Source: Candidatus Woesearchaeota archaeon
Lineage (GTDB): Archaea > Nanobdellota > Nanobdellia > Woesearchaeales > UBA11576
Reading direction: 5' to 3'
Assembly: GCA_043819495.1 (NCBI GenBank)
Contig: JBDRET010000047.1
Location: 20,065-84,064, forward strand
Length of the DNA stretch: 64,000 nucleotides
The notes under the pieces are model-generated. The model saw only the letters and a program-made list of their open reading frames with translations, was not told the DNA's origin and did no database searches. Of the stretch, positions 27,407-37,182 are shown one piece after another. The translations under genes and the position numbers were made by a program. Position 1 is the first letter of the stretch. Every line of letters starts with the position of its first letter.

Positions 27407-30400
27407 TCATATCTTCAGGCTGACAACATCACTTACACCATGCTCGTTCATCGAGACCCCGTACAGTGTGTCAGCTTCGACAAGTATCCCGTCATTGTGT
27501 GATATCATGATGTATTGTGCCTTGTCGCAGTATGATTTGATCAGCTCTGATAATTTTTCGCTGTTCTTCTTATCAAGCGCAGCGTCAACCTCATCAAGGA
27601 CGTAGAATGATGCGGGATCATATTCCTGCACTGCGAATAAGAATGCAAGAGCAGTCATGGTCTTCTCTCCGCCACTCAGGCTTCTGATGTCAAGGAACTT
27701 CTCTCCTGTCAGCCTTACATTTATGAGCATTCCGCCATCGAATGGGTTTTCCTCATTCTCAAGCACCAGTGACGCTTCGCCTTTGGTCAGCAGCTGTGAG
27801 AATATGTGCTGGAACTCTTTTTGCAGGGCTTCAAGGGTCTTTACGAACAGGACTTTTTTCTTCCCTTCGATCTCGGCCATTAGCATCATGACGTCATCTC
27901 GCTCTTTCTCAAGCATGCTTTTCTTTGCCAGGAGGTCTTTGTACTCTTTCTCTGCAGAGTCGAATATCTCAAGAGCCCGAAGATTGACTGTGCCTAGGTC
28001 AGCAACGATCCTCTCGAACTGGTTTATCTCTCTTGCAAGCGTAAGGTCGGTCTTCTCGTGGTCTATCTCCACGCCCTCATACTGTTCCATCTCTTTCTTC
28101 ATGCCGTCTATCTCTGTGTTTATCCTGGCGAGTTCAAGGTTGATAGAGTTGATCTTGTGGTCAGTCTTCCTTATATCATCATTGAGGGAATATGTCTTCG
28201 CCTCTTTCTTGCTTGTATCATCGCTAAGCTTAGTCCTCTTATTGAATAGGTCCTTGAACTGTGAGTAGAACTCTTTCCCTTTCTTGTCTTTATCCTTGAG
28301 CTCTCTCTCTTTGATTGTGATGTTCTCTGTGAGCTGTTTTATCTCTGTCTGGAACGCCTCGACTTCCTTGTCATGCTGCTTCATTATCTTTGAGATGTTC
28401 TCTTTCTCAGGCACAAGCATTGTATTGAGCTGTATGTCTAGATTACCTTTCTCAGAATGCAGCTTTATCAGGGATTCTCTTATCTCACGTTTCTTCTCTT
28501 CGAATGCGTTCATCTCTGCTATGAGTATAGGGCTCCTGAGTTTTGATATCCTCTCTTTGAGCTCCTGACGTTTTATCTTATTTGAGGAAAGTTCCCTGTT
28601 CTTCTCAGAGACGACCTTCATCACCTGGTCGACTTCCTCATCTATCTTCTTCATCTTGGCATTGAGCTCTGACTTGACCTTCTTGTTCACGTCCATGTCT
28701 CCTGAGTCCAGGTGGAGTGATTTTTCCATGGTTATTATGTCGCCTTCAAGGTTTGCTTTCAGTTCGCGTAGTCTCACTATCTGCTCTTCTGCATCTTTCT
28801 TGCTGTTCTCTAGCTTGCTGATCTTGCTTCCCATATCTGACTGTATCTTCTCATAGTGCTTGATGTTGTCGCTGACCTCTTTCTCGCTGAATCCAAGACC
28901 TTCCCGTCTCTGTCTGAATCCGCCAGTCATTGCTCCGCTGATCTCTGCACTGTCTCCATCAAGAGTCACCATCTTTGCATTGCCTATGCCGAGCTTTTGC
29001 GCAGTGTCCATGTTATCCACTACGAGTGTGCTTTCGAAGACGAACTTGAATACATTGCTGAACTTGTGGTCGAATGTTATGAGATTTATTGCCTTTCCAT
29101 GGACGCCATGCTGTCCGAGGAGCTTGTCAGCTCCAGGATTGTCTGCTTTGGGTCTGATCTTGTTGAGTGGTAAGAATGTCGCTATCCCTAACCTGTTCTT
29201 CTTGAGGTGTTCGATGCACTGTGCAGCGACCTGGTCGTTCTCTACTACTATGCTCTTTATCTTTGGTCCTGCAGCGATCTCAAGTGCGAGAGCGTATTTT
29301 GAATTGACCTCTCCTAGTTCAGATACTGTGCCATGCACTCCCTTGAATTTGCTCTTGTTCTCAAGGATGGTCTTGACTGCTATGTTAGCACCGAGCTTAT
29401 CCTGTATCTGTGCCTGCTTTGCACTCAGCTTTGACACTTCTTCGTTCGCTTCGAGCAGCTTGCGTCGGGAGTCGCCGAGCTCTGCTGACATGTTGCTCTC
29501 TTCTGACTGCAGCTGACTGAGTTCCATAGATGCTTTCTTGAACTCGGTCTTCTTCTGCTTGAGTATCTGGATCTGTTCCTTGTTCTCTTTCTCTATGGAA
29601 AGGACCTTCTCCATCTTCTCATCTATCGACTGGACCTGGAACTCTATCTTGTCTTTCTCCCTGAGCAGATCCTGTTGTCTCTGTCTTATCTCGCTAGCAC
29701 TCTTCTGGAGATCCTCTGCACCCTTGTCAAGCACATCTATCTCCTTGTCTATGTCTTCTGCGTCCTCAAGCTTGTTCTTCTTCCTGAACTGGTCCAGCCG
29801 CATGTTGATATCATTCTGTTCCTTGTTCCTCTGCTGTATCTGGTTCCCTATCTCTTTCTGGTCGCTCTGTGATGTCTTTATCTTATCCTCTACCTCATTC
29901 AGGGTCTCTTTGAGGTTGTCTTTCCTTGTCTTTATCTTGGCGATCTCGTCCTTGCACGCATCCATCCGTGCTTTTGCCGTTGCAAGATTTATCTTGAGGT
30001 GCTCGACTTCCCTGTGGAGCTCGAGCTGTTCCTTCTCTCCTTTCCTCTCTATCTCCTGGTTGATGTCCTCTATCTGTTTTTTCAGCGTGGTTATGGTATT
30101 GCGAAGTTCGTCAGCTTCCTTGTTGTACTTATCCAGGATCTGCTTGTGTTTATCCACCCGTTCATCAAGCTCTTCCTTCTCTGCATCCTTCTTCTGCATC
30201 TGCCTGTGCAGTGCAGTCGCTTTATTTATCGTGATCCGTGAGTCGAGTTCTTTGTACTTCCTTGCCTGATCCCTCTCTTTCTTGAGCTCTTTGAGGTATC
30301 CATCCCTCTCAGTCAGGATTATCTCCGCTTCTTTGAGCCTGCCATCGACCCGCTCCATCTCATTGACTGCTTTCTGTTTCTTGTCTTCATAGACTGATAT

Positions 30401-32530
30401 GCCTGCGATCTCTTCGATTATCTGCCTTCTTTCAGTAGGTGTCATGTCTATGAGCTTGATTATGTCTCCTTGCAGGATTATGTTGTAACCATCAGGGTCT
30501 ATCTTTGCGAGCGACAGTAGCTCAAGTATCTGCGCCCTTGTCCTTATCTCATCGTTTATCTTGTATACTCCCTGCCCTGTCTTCTTGACCATCCTTGTTA
30601 TCTTCACTTCAGGAGCATCTGTAGGGAATATCTGGGTTGAGTTATCAAAGTAGATTGAGACTTCTGCAGAAGATGAGGGTTTCTTTGTCTTGCCGCCGTT
30701 GTAGATGAGGTTGGCGCTCTTCTCGACTCGCATTGACTTGGCAGAACTCTTCCCGAGCACAAAGCAGAGCGCGTCAAGTATGTTGCTGTTGTGGACAAAA
30801 ATCCCATTTCCTATGAAATTATGGCAGTCAGGGATTGTAAGGTCGTAAACATAAGGTTCGCCTTTCACTTTCTTGATTGATACTATCTGGTCCCAGAATA
30901 TGTCTGAAGAAGAGAGTCTTTCAAGGACTCTTATTAATCGCTTCGCATCATTGGTCCTTTCTTTTATCTCTTTTTTCACAAAGAGATAAAGTTTCTTGAG
31001 GTTGTCGGGCCTCGCTTGGAAGATATTTTTATCCCAGAAATCTGTTATTGTATGCCTGGTCACTCCAATGAACTTCGCAGCTTCAACTTTTGATAGGTTC
31101 AATTTTTTCATACAGCTCATTAATGTTTTTTGATCCTGCTTTAGATTGCCTACAGCGGAATTAAAAACCTTCAGTTTGTTATTCAGGATCGAGACTGTTT
31201 TATTGATTCCTTCACGGGTCGCGCAACATCTGTTTTCCATATATGCTGCAAAAAATGGGTGTCTTTTCCGTAGTGGTTTATAATCTATCCGTAAAATCTC
31301 TTTGCAGGTCCTTATGATTTGATTGACATCTTTAGGTATTAGGTCGGTATTTGGATTGGCAATTACATCATTATTTGCTAATTTTTTTAATCTGTCTCTC
31401 TTTATCTTTGACCGCATATGCACAAGGCTGTTGAGTTTATTCAATTCTGTTTTGCCTTGGATGGTTATGTAGTAATATTTTCTTTTTGTTTTGTTTTTAG
31501 TGTTTGTAGCATGTTTTAGTTTGATGTTCTTCTTCGCGACTATGCCAAATCGTAGCAATGCTAATTGGACCTGGTCCGCCAGTTTCTCGCTTTTGGTCGT
31601 GTATTCAAAAGTGGGTGAATTCTTTCTCACAGTGGCGTCACAATCAAATAAAGCAGTCAAGAATTCTGAGAGGATGTCCTTTTCCGAAAATAAGATGATG
31701 TTAGGTATGTGTTTCTTACTGCCTTTCACATCGTTGTTAAATATTGAGTGTGTGAAGTCAGATAATGTTTTTGAGAACAGAAATATGTCTTTTACATTTT
31801 TTCTGTATTCTTTTACTGCTGGTTGTATTCCAAATAGCCTTTTTGAGCAATTGAAGAAATCTTTCAATATTGGTTCTTCCGCGTTTACGAATCTTAGCAA
31901 ATATTCATTGACTGTGCCATCACCGACAAAATATCCGAAGAACCTTGCCAATTCTTTATTTATCTTTTTAGGCAGTATGATCTCTTTTCTTCCTTTAGTA
32001 TCCTTTATTTCAAAATCTAGTCTGTTATTGATCGTAGGGATATCAAGTTGTCTTGGCGTTGCGATAAAATCCTTTGCCGCCAGGTCTTTTACGAGGCTGC
32101 TCTTGACCGCACCTTCCTTGAATACCATTACAGGATGGCAGCCTGTTGTTGTGACTTTCTTGCCTGCGTTGGTTGTTATTTCATAGAGATATGGCTCACC
32201 CTCTCTTTTTATGAAGGCAGATATGTTTTTCTCAACGACTTTCATGGTTTTCGGATCTAGTCCCCACGTTTTAAGGTTGGATGGGTTTTCCATTGTGAAG
32301 ACTCCATCATCAATTTTGTGATGTTTCTTAGAACTCTTCAGGGCATCTTCTACCATTTTCCCGATTTGCATCATCTTTCCATTGTTCAGCAATACTTCTG
32401 TAGAAAATGCGCAACTTTTTCCGGATCCATTAGGGCCTAGGACGCAGTTGAACTCAGGTCCGAACAGGATCTCTGTCCGTTTCGCAAAGCTCTTGAAGCC
32501 ATGCATGACCAGCTTGTTGATTCGAGTCAT
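27407..32530 (-). CDS. smc: SMC chromosome segregation ATPase, interrupted by an intein
   Basis: 1707 aa. GPNGSGKS | intein | SNILDALCFVLG. Long coiled coils. LSGGEKTMTALAFLFA signature and YVLDEVDAALD Walker B. Confidence 0.92.
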   Translation of the reverse strand: MTRINKLVMHGFKSFAKRTEILFGPEFNCVLGPNGSGKSCAFSTEVLLNNGKMMQIGKMVEDALKSSKKHHKIDDGVFTMENPSNLKTWGLDPKTMKVVEKNISAFIKREGEPYLYEITTNAGKKVTTTGCHPVMVFKEGAVKSSLVKDLAAKDFIATPRQLDIPTINNRLDFEIKDTKGRKEIILPKKINKELARFFGYFVGDGTVNEYLLRFVNAEEPILKDFFNCSKRLFGIQPAVKEYRKNVKDIFLFSKTLSDFTHSIFNNDVKGSKKHIPNIILFSEKDILSEFLTALFDCDATVRKNSPTFEYTTKSEKLADQVQLALLRFGIVAKKNIKLKHATNTKNKTKRKYYYITIQGKTELNKLNSLVHMRSKIKRDRLKKLANNDVIANPNTDLIPKDVNQIIRTCKEILRIDYKPLRKRHPFFAAYMENRCCATREGINKTVSILNNKLKVFNSAVGNLKQDQKTLMSCMKKLNLSKVEAAKFIGVTRHTITDFWDKNIFQARPDNLKKLYLFVKKEIKERTNDAKRLIRVLERLSSSDIFWDQIVSIKKVKGEPYVYDLTIPDCHNFIGNGIFVHNSNILDALCFVLGKSSAKSMRVEKSANLIYNGGKTKKPSSSAEVSIYFDNSTQIFPTDAPEVKITRMVKKTGQGVYKINDEIRTRAQILELLSLAKIDPDGYNIILQGDIIKLIDMTPTERRQIIEEIAGISVYEDKKQKAVNEMERVDGRLKEAEIILTERDGYLKELKKERDQARKYKELDSRITINKATALHRQMQKKDAEKEELDERVDKHKQILDKYNKEADELRNTITTLKKQIEDINQEIERKGEKEQLELHREVEHLKINLATAKARMDACKDEIAKIKTRKDNLKETLNEVEDKIKTSQSDQKEIGNQIQQRNKEQNDINMRLDQFRKKNKLEDAEDIDKEIDVLDKGAEDLQKSASEIRQRQQDLLREKDKIEFQVQSIDEKMEKVLSIEKENKEQIQILKQKKTEFKKASMELSQLQSEESNMSAELGDSRRKLLEANEEVSKLSAKQAQIQDKLGANIAVKTILENKSKFKGVHGTVSELGEVNSKYALALEIAAGPKIKSIVVENDQVAAQCIEHLKKNRLGIATFLPLNKIRPKADNPGADKLLGQHGVHGKAINLITFDHKFSNVFKFVFESTLVVDNMDTAQKLGIGNAKMVTLDGDSAEISGAMTGGFRQRREGLGFSEKEVSDNIKHYEKIQSDMGSKISKLENSKKDAEEQIVRLRELKANLEGDIITMEKSLHLDSGDMDVNKKVKSELNAKMKKIDEEVDQVMKVVSEKNRELSSNKIKRQELKERISKLRSPILIAEMNAFEEKKREIRESLIKLHSEKGNLDIQLNTMLVPEKENISKIMKQHDKEVEAFQTEIKQLTENITIKERELKDKDKKGKEFYSQFKDLFNKRTKLSDDTSKKEAKTYSLNDDIRKTDHKINSINLELARINTEIDGMKKEMEQYEGVEIDHEKTDLTLAREINQFERIVADLGTVNLRALEIFDSAEKEYKDLLAKKSMLEKERDDVMMLMAEIEGKKKVLFVKTLEALQKEFQHIFSQLLTKGEASLVLENEENPFDGGMLINVRLTGEKFLDIRSLSGGEKTMTALAFLFAVQEYDPASFYVLDEVDAALDKKNSEKLSELIKSYCDKAQYIMISHNDGILVEADTLYGVSMNEHGVSDVVSLKI
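30788..32413 (-). mobile_element. 542-aa intein with LAGLIDADG homing endonuclease domain, inserted in the SMC Walker A loop
   Basis: Residues 40-581. Starts with Cys (CAFSTEVLL), has TTTGCHPV (TxxH block B), LAGLIDADG blocks FFGYFVGDGTV and FLTALFDCDATV, and ends FVHN with +1 Ser. Confidence 0.85.
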
Positions 32531-32757
32531 CTATTGAACACCTTGTCTTTCGGACTTGAAACTCAGTAAAACCTCTTTTTTAGCATTTCTAGTCAATATG
32601 GTACCTCTTGACCGATTGAAAAAATTCGAATTTTATATTTAAAGGTTTGTATTTTCCTTTTTAAGCGAATTAGATGTTTTAGGCGTTCTAGGCGCTGTTT
32701 TCACGTGTTTTAAGATAAAAAACACTGTTGCGTATTCGCTTGAAGGAAAATTTATGA

Positions 32758-33411
32758 TCAGAAATCCCCTAATTCTTTCTGCTGTTTCTTTGCGATGACA
32801 TTCTTATATGTCTGCCAGCTCTTGCGGAATATACCTGGATACTTGTCATAGTTTTTCTGTAAGAATTCTTTTGTGATAGGGTCTGCAGGGTAGCCGCTGC
32901 CGATGTCCTTGCCTACTTTCTGTTTTATCTTATCTATCTCTCTGTCTCGTGTGACTTTTGCTATTATTGAGCCTGCTGCTGCAGGGATGTGGTTCAGGTC
33001 TGCCTTGTGCTCTACAACAAGTTCGCACTCAACATTAAGTTTCCTCCTGAGATAGTCTGTGTATGCTTTTATGTTATTGCTCGGGCAGTCGACTATTGCC
33101 CGTTCTGGCTTGAGTGTGTTTATGATCTTTGCAGTGGTGTCTGCTTCCAGCCAGTTAAGGTTAGTTCCTGGATCCGCAAGTGCTGCATCAATCTCTTTTG
33201 GCGAAAGTATCACGACTTCGTATGACTTGGCAATCTTGATGATATGTTCCATGAGCTGTTCGCGTTTCTTAGGGAGTATGAGTTTGGAATCTTTGACACC
33301 CAATTCCTTGAGCATCTTCTCTCCTTCCTCATCAAGAACTACACCGCAGGTGACTAATGGTCCAATCACAGGCCCTCTGCCGGCTTCATCTATTCCGCAA
33401 GTTAGTGTCAT
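32758..33411 (-). CDS. rnhB: Ribonuclease HII
   Basis: 217 aa. GIDEAGRGPVIGPLV motif. Confidence 0.9.
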   Translation of the reverse strand: MTLTCGIDEAGRGPVIGPLVTCGVVLDEEGEKMLKELGVKDSKLILPKKREQLMEHIIKIAKSYEVVILSPKEIDAALADPGTNLNWLEADTTAKIINTLKPERAIVDCPSNNIKAYTDYLRRKLNVECELVVEHKADLNHIPAAAGSIIAKVTRDREIDKIKQKVGKDIGSGYPADPITKEFLQKNYDKYPGIFRKSWQTYKNVIAKKQQKELGDF

Positions 33412-33463
33412 GTATCAAGCATCAGATTCAGTGTTTATTAATTTTTAGCTATGTATGCTGCAA

Positions 33464-33602
33464 CAAAGCCTGCTTTGCCTTGCTTCGCAAGTGCTCAAAG
33501 CAATTTTGCTTTGGCACGCCAGAGCACTGGCTGCTCTGTGCGTCTCAGGACGCCGCCATTTGCAAAGCTTGCTTTGCAAGTTCAACAATGCCGATGAACT
33601 TG
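33464..33602. repeat. Array of GC-rich hairpins/palindromes in the rnhB-pilus divergent spacer
   Basis: CAAAGC-CT-GCTTTG (33464-77), CTTGC-TTC-GCAAG (33479-91), CAAAGC-AATTTT-GCTTTG (33496-513) nested in AGTGCTC/GAGCACT, GCGTC-TCAG-GACGC (33540-53), TGCAAAGC-TT-GCTTTGCA (33561-78), CAAGTTCA/TGAACTTG (33577-602). Confidence 0.6.
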
Positions 33603-33897
33603 TGAGTCGGTATTGTTTTTATGTGCCTGAATACGTAATTCAAAGGTTCGCTGAAAGCGTACCTGTTTTATTGATTTGTTTTGGTGATTTGTGCGCATGC
33701 TAGATTGGCATCACTGGCTTTGGTGCTGCTTGTAATTGCGGCTACGGCCAGGTAACTGCTGATTTTAGTGAATGAGGTATATTGGGTGTTATGGTGGTTT
33801 TTGAGGCCATTTGATGCGTTAACTTTAAATACTCTGATACCTGAGATTAGGATATCATTAGTCAGTATTTTGTTTAAAAGAAGGGGTGAATAGTATA

Positions 33898-34311
33898 GTG
33901 TCAAGAAGTAAGACTGCTCAGGTTTCTATGGAGTACCTTGTGATAGTGGGATTCATCGCTGTCATGGTCATCCCTATGATCCTCATCTTTTATTCATATG
34001 CTGACCGTACTGAGGATGAGATAATCTCTAATCAGCTACAGAAGATAGGGTTGAAAGTGAGTGATTCTGCAGAGGCGATGTACTATCTTGGTGAACCATC
34101 AAGGACGAGGATAAGGTCTTATTTCCCTAAGAATATCAACAATATCACGATAGGGAGCAATGAGATAACGTTCATAATGAATACCAAGAACGGGCTTGAT
34201 CATATAGTGATATACACTCCTATTCCTGTGCAGGGCACCCTCGATCCGCATTCTGGCTATCATAACATAAATGTGAAGTCTCGGGGGAGCTATGTTGAGA
34301 TATCAGACTGA
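33898..34311 (+). CDS. Pilin-like protein with class III (type IV prepilin-like) signal peptide
   Basis: ORF track starts at GTG 33886. GTG 33898 sits 8 nt after AAGGGGTGA. N-terminus SRSKTAQVSMEYLVIVGFIAVMVIPMIL. Confidence 0.65.
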   Translation: MSRSKTAQVSMEYLVIVGFIAVMVIPMILIFYSYADRTEDEIISNQLQKIGLKVSDSAEAMYYLGEPSRTRIRSYFPKNINNITIGSNEITFIMNTKNGLDHIVIYTPIPVQGTLDPHSGYHNINVKSRGSYVEISD

Positions 34312-34693
34312 TACTAAGGGACAGGTCGCCTTTGAGTTCGTGATCCTGGTAGCGATCCTCTTTTCAGCGATGCTTGTCTTCACCCTGTTTGTCAGCGAGA
34401 ATTTCTCAGAGGTCCAGAGTGATACTGATTATTTCAAGATGAAGGACATAGCTTTGACAGTCAAGTCAGAGATAAATCTGGCGGCTGCTCTTGATGATGG
34501 CTATCAACGTTCTTTTTTTGTCCCTCTTACTATTGATGGTCTTGAGTATAATATATCGACCGAAAGCACCTCTTTGCTATTTACAAGTTCAGGTGCAGAA
34601 TATGTTGTGGCAGTCCCTTCTTATAGTGGTACGGTGAAGAAGGGGAACAATGTGATACAGAAGATTGACGGGAATATAGAGATAAACACGTGA
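34292..34693 (+). CDS. Pilin-like protein (class III signal peptide)
   Basis: 133 aa. TKGQVAFEFVILVAILFSAMLVF. 20-nt overlap with the upstream gene. Confidence 0.65.
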   Translation: MLRYQTDTKGQVAFEFVILVAILFSAMLVFTLFVSENFSEVQSDTDYFKMKDIALTVKSEINLAAALDDGYQRSFFVPLTIDGLEYNISTESTSLLFTSSGAEYVVAVPSYSGTVKKGNNVIQKIDGNIEINT

Positions 34694-34697
34694 TCAT

Positions 34698-35210
34698 ATG
34701 ATTCAGGAAATGATGGATGACAGGAAAGCTCAGGTATGGTACACTGATTTCATGGTGGGTGTGCTGATATTTGTAGTTGTTATGTCATCTTATTTCTATT
34801 ATGTAGAGCATACGCAGCATTCTGATGATAATCTGATGACTACTTTGTTATCAGAGGGGAAGACTATCTCAAGCACTCTTGTGGCGCAGGGATATCCTGC
34901 AGGGTGGACTACTGTTAATGTGACTAATGTCGGGCTGACTGATGGCGGGGCACGTATGAACCTTACCAAGCTGTCTAATTTCAACTCATGGTCGTATGAG
35001 GAGAGACGCGGATATATCCACACGACCAAGGATTACTATTTTTACCTGGAATACATGAACAATACGAGGTTCAATGAGCTTTGTATTGACCCCGGAGCGA
35101 ACTGTTCTGATTGGAACAGCTCTTATAATCTTGTGCAGTCGACTCGTCTGCTGGTTTACGGGTCAGACATCGTGCGGATGGTGCTCTACGTATATCAGGC
35201 AACTGGATGA
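34698..35210 (+). CDS. Pilin-like protein (class III signal peptide)
   Basis: 170 aa. DRKAQVWYTDFMVGVLIFVVVM. Confidence 0.6.
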   Translation: MIQEMMDDRKAQVWYTDFMVGVLIFVVVMSSYFYYVEHTQHSDDNLMTTLLSEGKTISSTLVAQGYPAGWTTVNVTNVGLTDGGARMNLTKLSNFNSWSYEERRGYIHTTKDYYFYLEYMNNTRFNELCIDPGANCSDWNSSYNLVQSTRLLVYGSDIVRMVLYVYQATG

Positions 35211-35259
35211 TATTGATTTGATGATATTGACATGAGGATAAAACATTTACAGTGATGAT

Positions 35260-37182
35260 ATGGATTCGATAAGATGTGATCGGAAAGGTCTTTTCTTCAC
35301 CATAGATGCATTGATAGCTGCCATGATAATGATTGCAGGGCTTCTCTTGATGACTTCATCTTATGTGTCTGAACAGCCAAGGTCTCTGATAAACACGATG
35401 TCTCACGACCTTCTGAATATACTTTCGACCTTACAGACCCACGAGCTGAACAATTCGTTCATACAGGAGCTTATCGATAATGGTTCGATAACTGATCCGA
35501 ACCTGACGCTCATGGCGCAGATAGGTGAGTTTTGGGCAGATGGTAACTTGACTCTTGCCACTGTTTTTGCAGCAAACGTCTCAGAAGGGATACTTCCTGA
35601 GTTCTTCGGCTACAGCATCAGCATAGATAACGATACGATATACGCGAGGTCAAGTCCTGTGGACAACACCCTTGTGACATCCAAGAAGATAATCACAGGA
35701 GTCCAGGAGGGTAAGCCACTGAAAGGTTTCATAGCAAAGGCACGGGCAACATCTGTGCAGAAGACAAGCATGCTTACGATCCCTTTCTCTCCTGCAGGTG
35801 CTGGCTGGAAAGGATCTGCTGTGGCTCCTGCAACAGTACAGGTGATAAAGATATTTGAGTTGCCTAATGTGACAGTCCTTGAAGCGAAAGCATACCTTTC
35901 GCTACATCTGGACAGGGGATCTGCAGAATGGGATGTCGTAGATATAAATCACGGTCTTTGCACCATAACCCGTGATGATATGAATCTTGATCCTGGAAGT
36001 GAAGGAGTCTTCCGAGTCTTTTCATTGCCGACATCCTGCTTTGATGCTGGCAACAATACGATAAAGCTTGACTTGCGTAATACAGGATATAATGCGCATA
36101 TACATCCAGGGACATTCTTCATAATCGAGTATAATCTCACAGAGCAGGTGCAGACCCTTGAATCTTTCCATTCCCAGAGGATATACTTTGATAATGTGAA
36201 TAGTACTGCGGGTGGTGGTGTGAGCGGTGCTGGTCCTTGGGCGATAACTCCGTTCCATATACCTGAAGATGCGACTAACATCAGTGTCACTATCCAGGTC
36301 GCTGGAAGAGGGATAGTTGATTATACGCTGAGCTGCGGCCCTGTAAGCAGGCGCTTTGTGGGTTGGGGTGCGTGGCGTTGCAAGAATGCATATGATTACA
36401 TGATATTCCTGAATGATGATGTGCCGTTTGACAATGATGGGAGTCCTGCAACAAATCCTAGTTATATCTATCCTCCTGCGCAGACTGCTCCATATATAGT
36501 CACAGGGACGAACATAATTGCAGTCTATTTCAATAATTATGAGGATGATAACTGGGGTATCGGCACAGAGATAATCTATTCAGACCCGCTCAAAAACATC
36601 ACAGGTTCATCTTATGTAGAGGTGAACTATACTGCTCCGCCAGTGCTTCCTTTTGGTGTGATAGAGGTCCGTCAGGTGAAGGAGTTCGGAGGACTGGCAA
36701 ATCCTACAAAGGATTCGAACTTCTTTTTCCCTGTCGAAGCAGAAGGGGTGAGTGATGTTTTTGTCCATCCTGTTGAGCAGTATTCATACATAACACAGGT
36801 ATTTTCAGATACTGGTTACCCTCCGGGTAATCTGGTATTTGAGTCTCCTTCGTCAAGGGCAGTCCCTAGTTCTGTGATGATTCCTTTATCTACGATAGAC
36901 AGCACCCCGCTGATGATCAATTATGAGCGGATCCGTGAGACCAGCGGCAATGATGTGCTCCCTAATTCGACGATAGATTATGGATTCTACATAAGGGGCG
37001 TTGTAGGTTATGGTCAGGTGTACTCGACCTGGGATGAGGCAATAGAAGATGCTGAGCAACGTCTTGCGGATATTCTTGGGATGTATGTCAATGCGTCAGA
37101 TCTGGTGATAGAGAACACTACTATGGCAGGTGTCCCTTCAATGTGGGGGCCAGGTGTCGCTGAAGTGAGGGTGTGGGATTGA
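35260..37182 (+). CDS. Large pilin-like protein (candidate pilus-associated adhesin)
   Basis: 640 aa. DRKGLFFTIDALIAAMIMIAGLLLM N-terminus, then a large extracellular region rich in N-x-S/T sites. Confidence 0.6.
   Translation: MDSIRCDRKGLFFTIDALIAAMIMIAGLLLMTSSYVSEQPRSLINTMSHDLLNILSTLQTHELNNSFIQELIDNGSITDPNLTLMAQIGEFWADGNLTLATVFAANVSEGILPEFFGYSISIDNDTIYARSSPVDNTLVTSKKIITGVQEGKPLKGFIAKARATSVQKTSMLTIPFSPAGAGWKGSAVAPATVQVIKIFELPNVTVLEAKAYLSLHLDRGSAEWDVVDINHGLCTITRDDMNLDPGSEGVFRVFSLPTSCFDAGNNTIKLDLRNTGYNAHIHPGTFFIIEYNLTEQVQTLESFHSQRIYFDNVNSTAGGGVSGAGPWAITPFHIPEDATNISVTIQVAGRGIVDYTLSCGPVSRRFVGWGAWRCKNAYDYMIFLNDDVPFDNDGSPATNPSYIYPPAQTAPYIVTGTNIIAVYFNNYEDDNWGIGTEIIYSDPLKNITGSSYVEVNYTAPPVLPFGVIEVRQVKEFGGLANPTKDSNFFFPVEAEGVSDVFVHPVEQYSYITQVFSDTGYPPGNLVFESPSSRAVPSSVMIPLSTIDSTPLMINYERIRETSGNDVLPNSTIDYGFYIRGVVGYGQVYSTWDEAIEDAEQRLADILGMYVNASDLVIENTTMAGVPSMWGPGVAEVRVWD

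Noticed and set aside
33668-33904. 78-aa minus-strand ORF upstream of the pilus operon.
   Set aside because: It is low-complexity and overlaps the promoter and ribosome-binding region of the first pilin gene. It has no start context.
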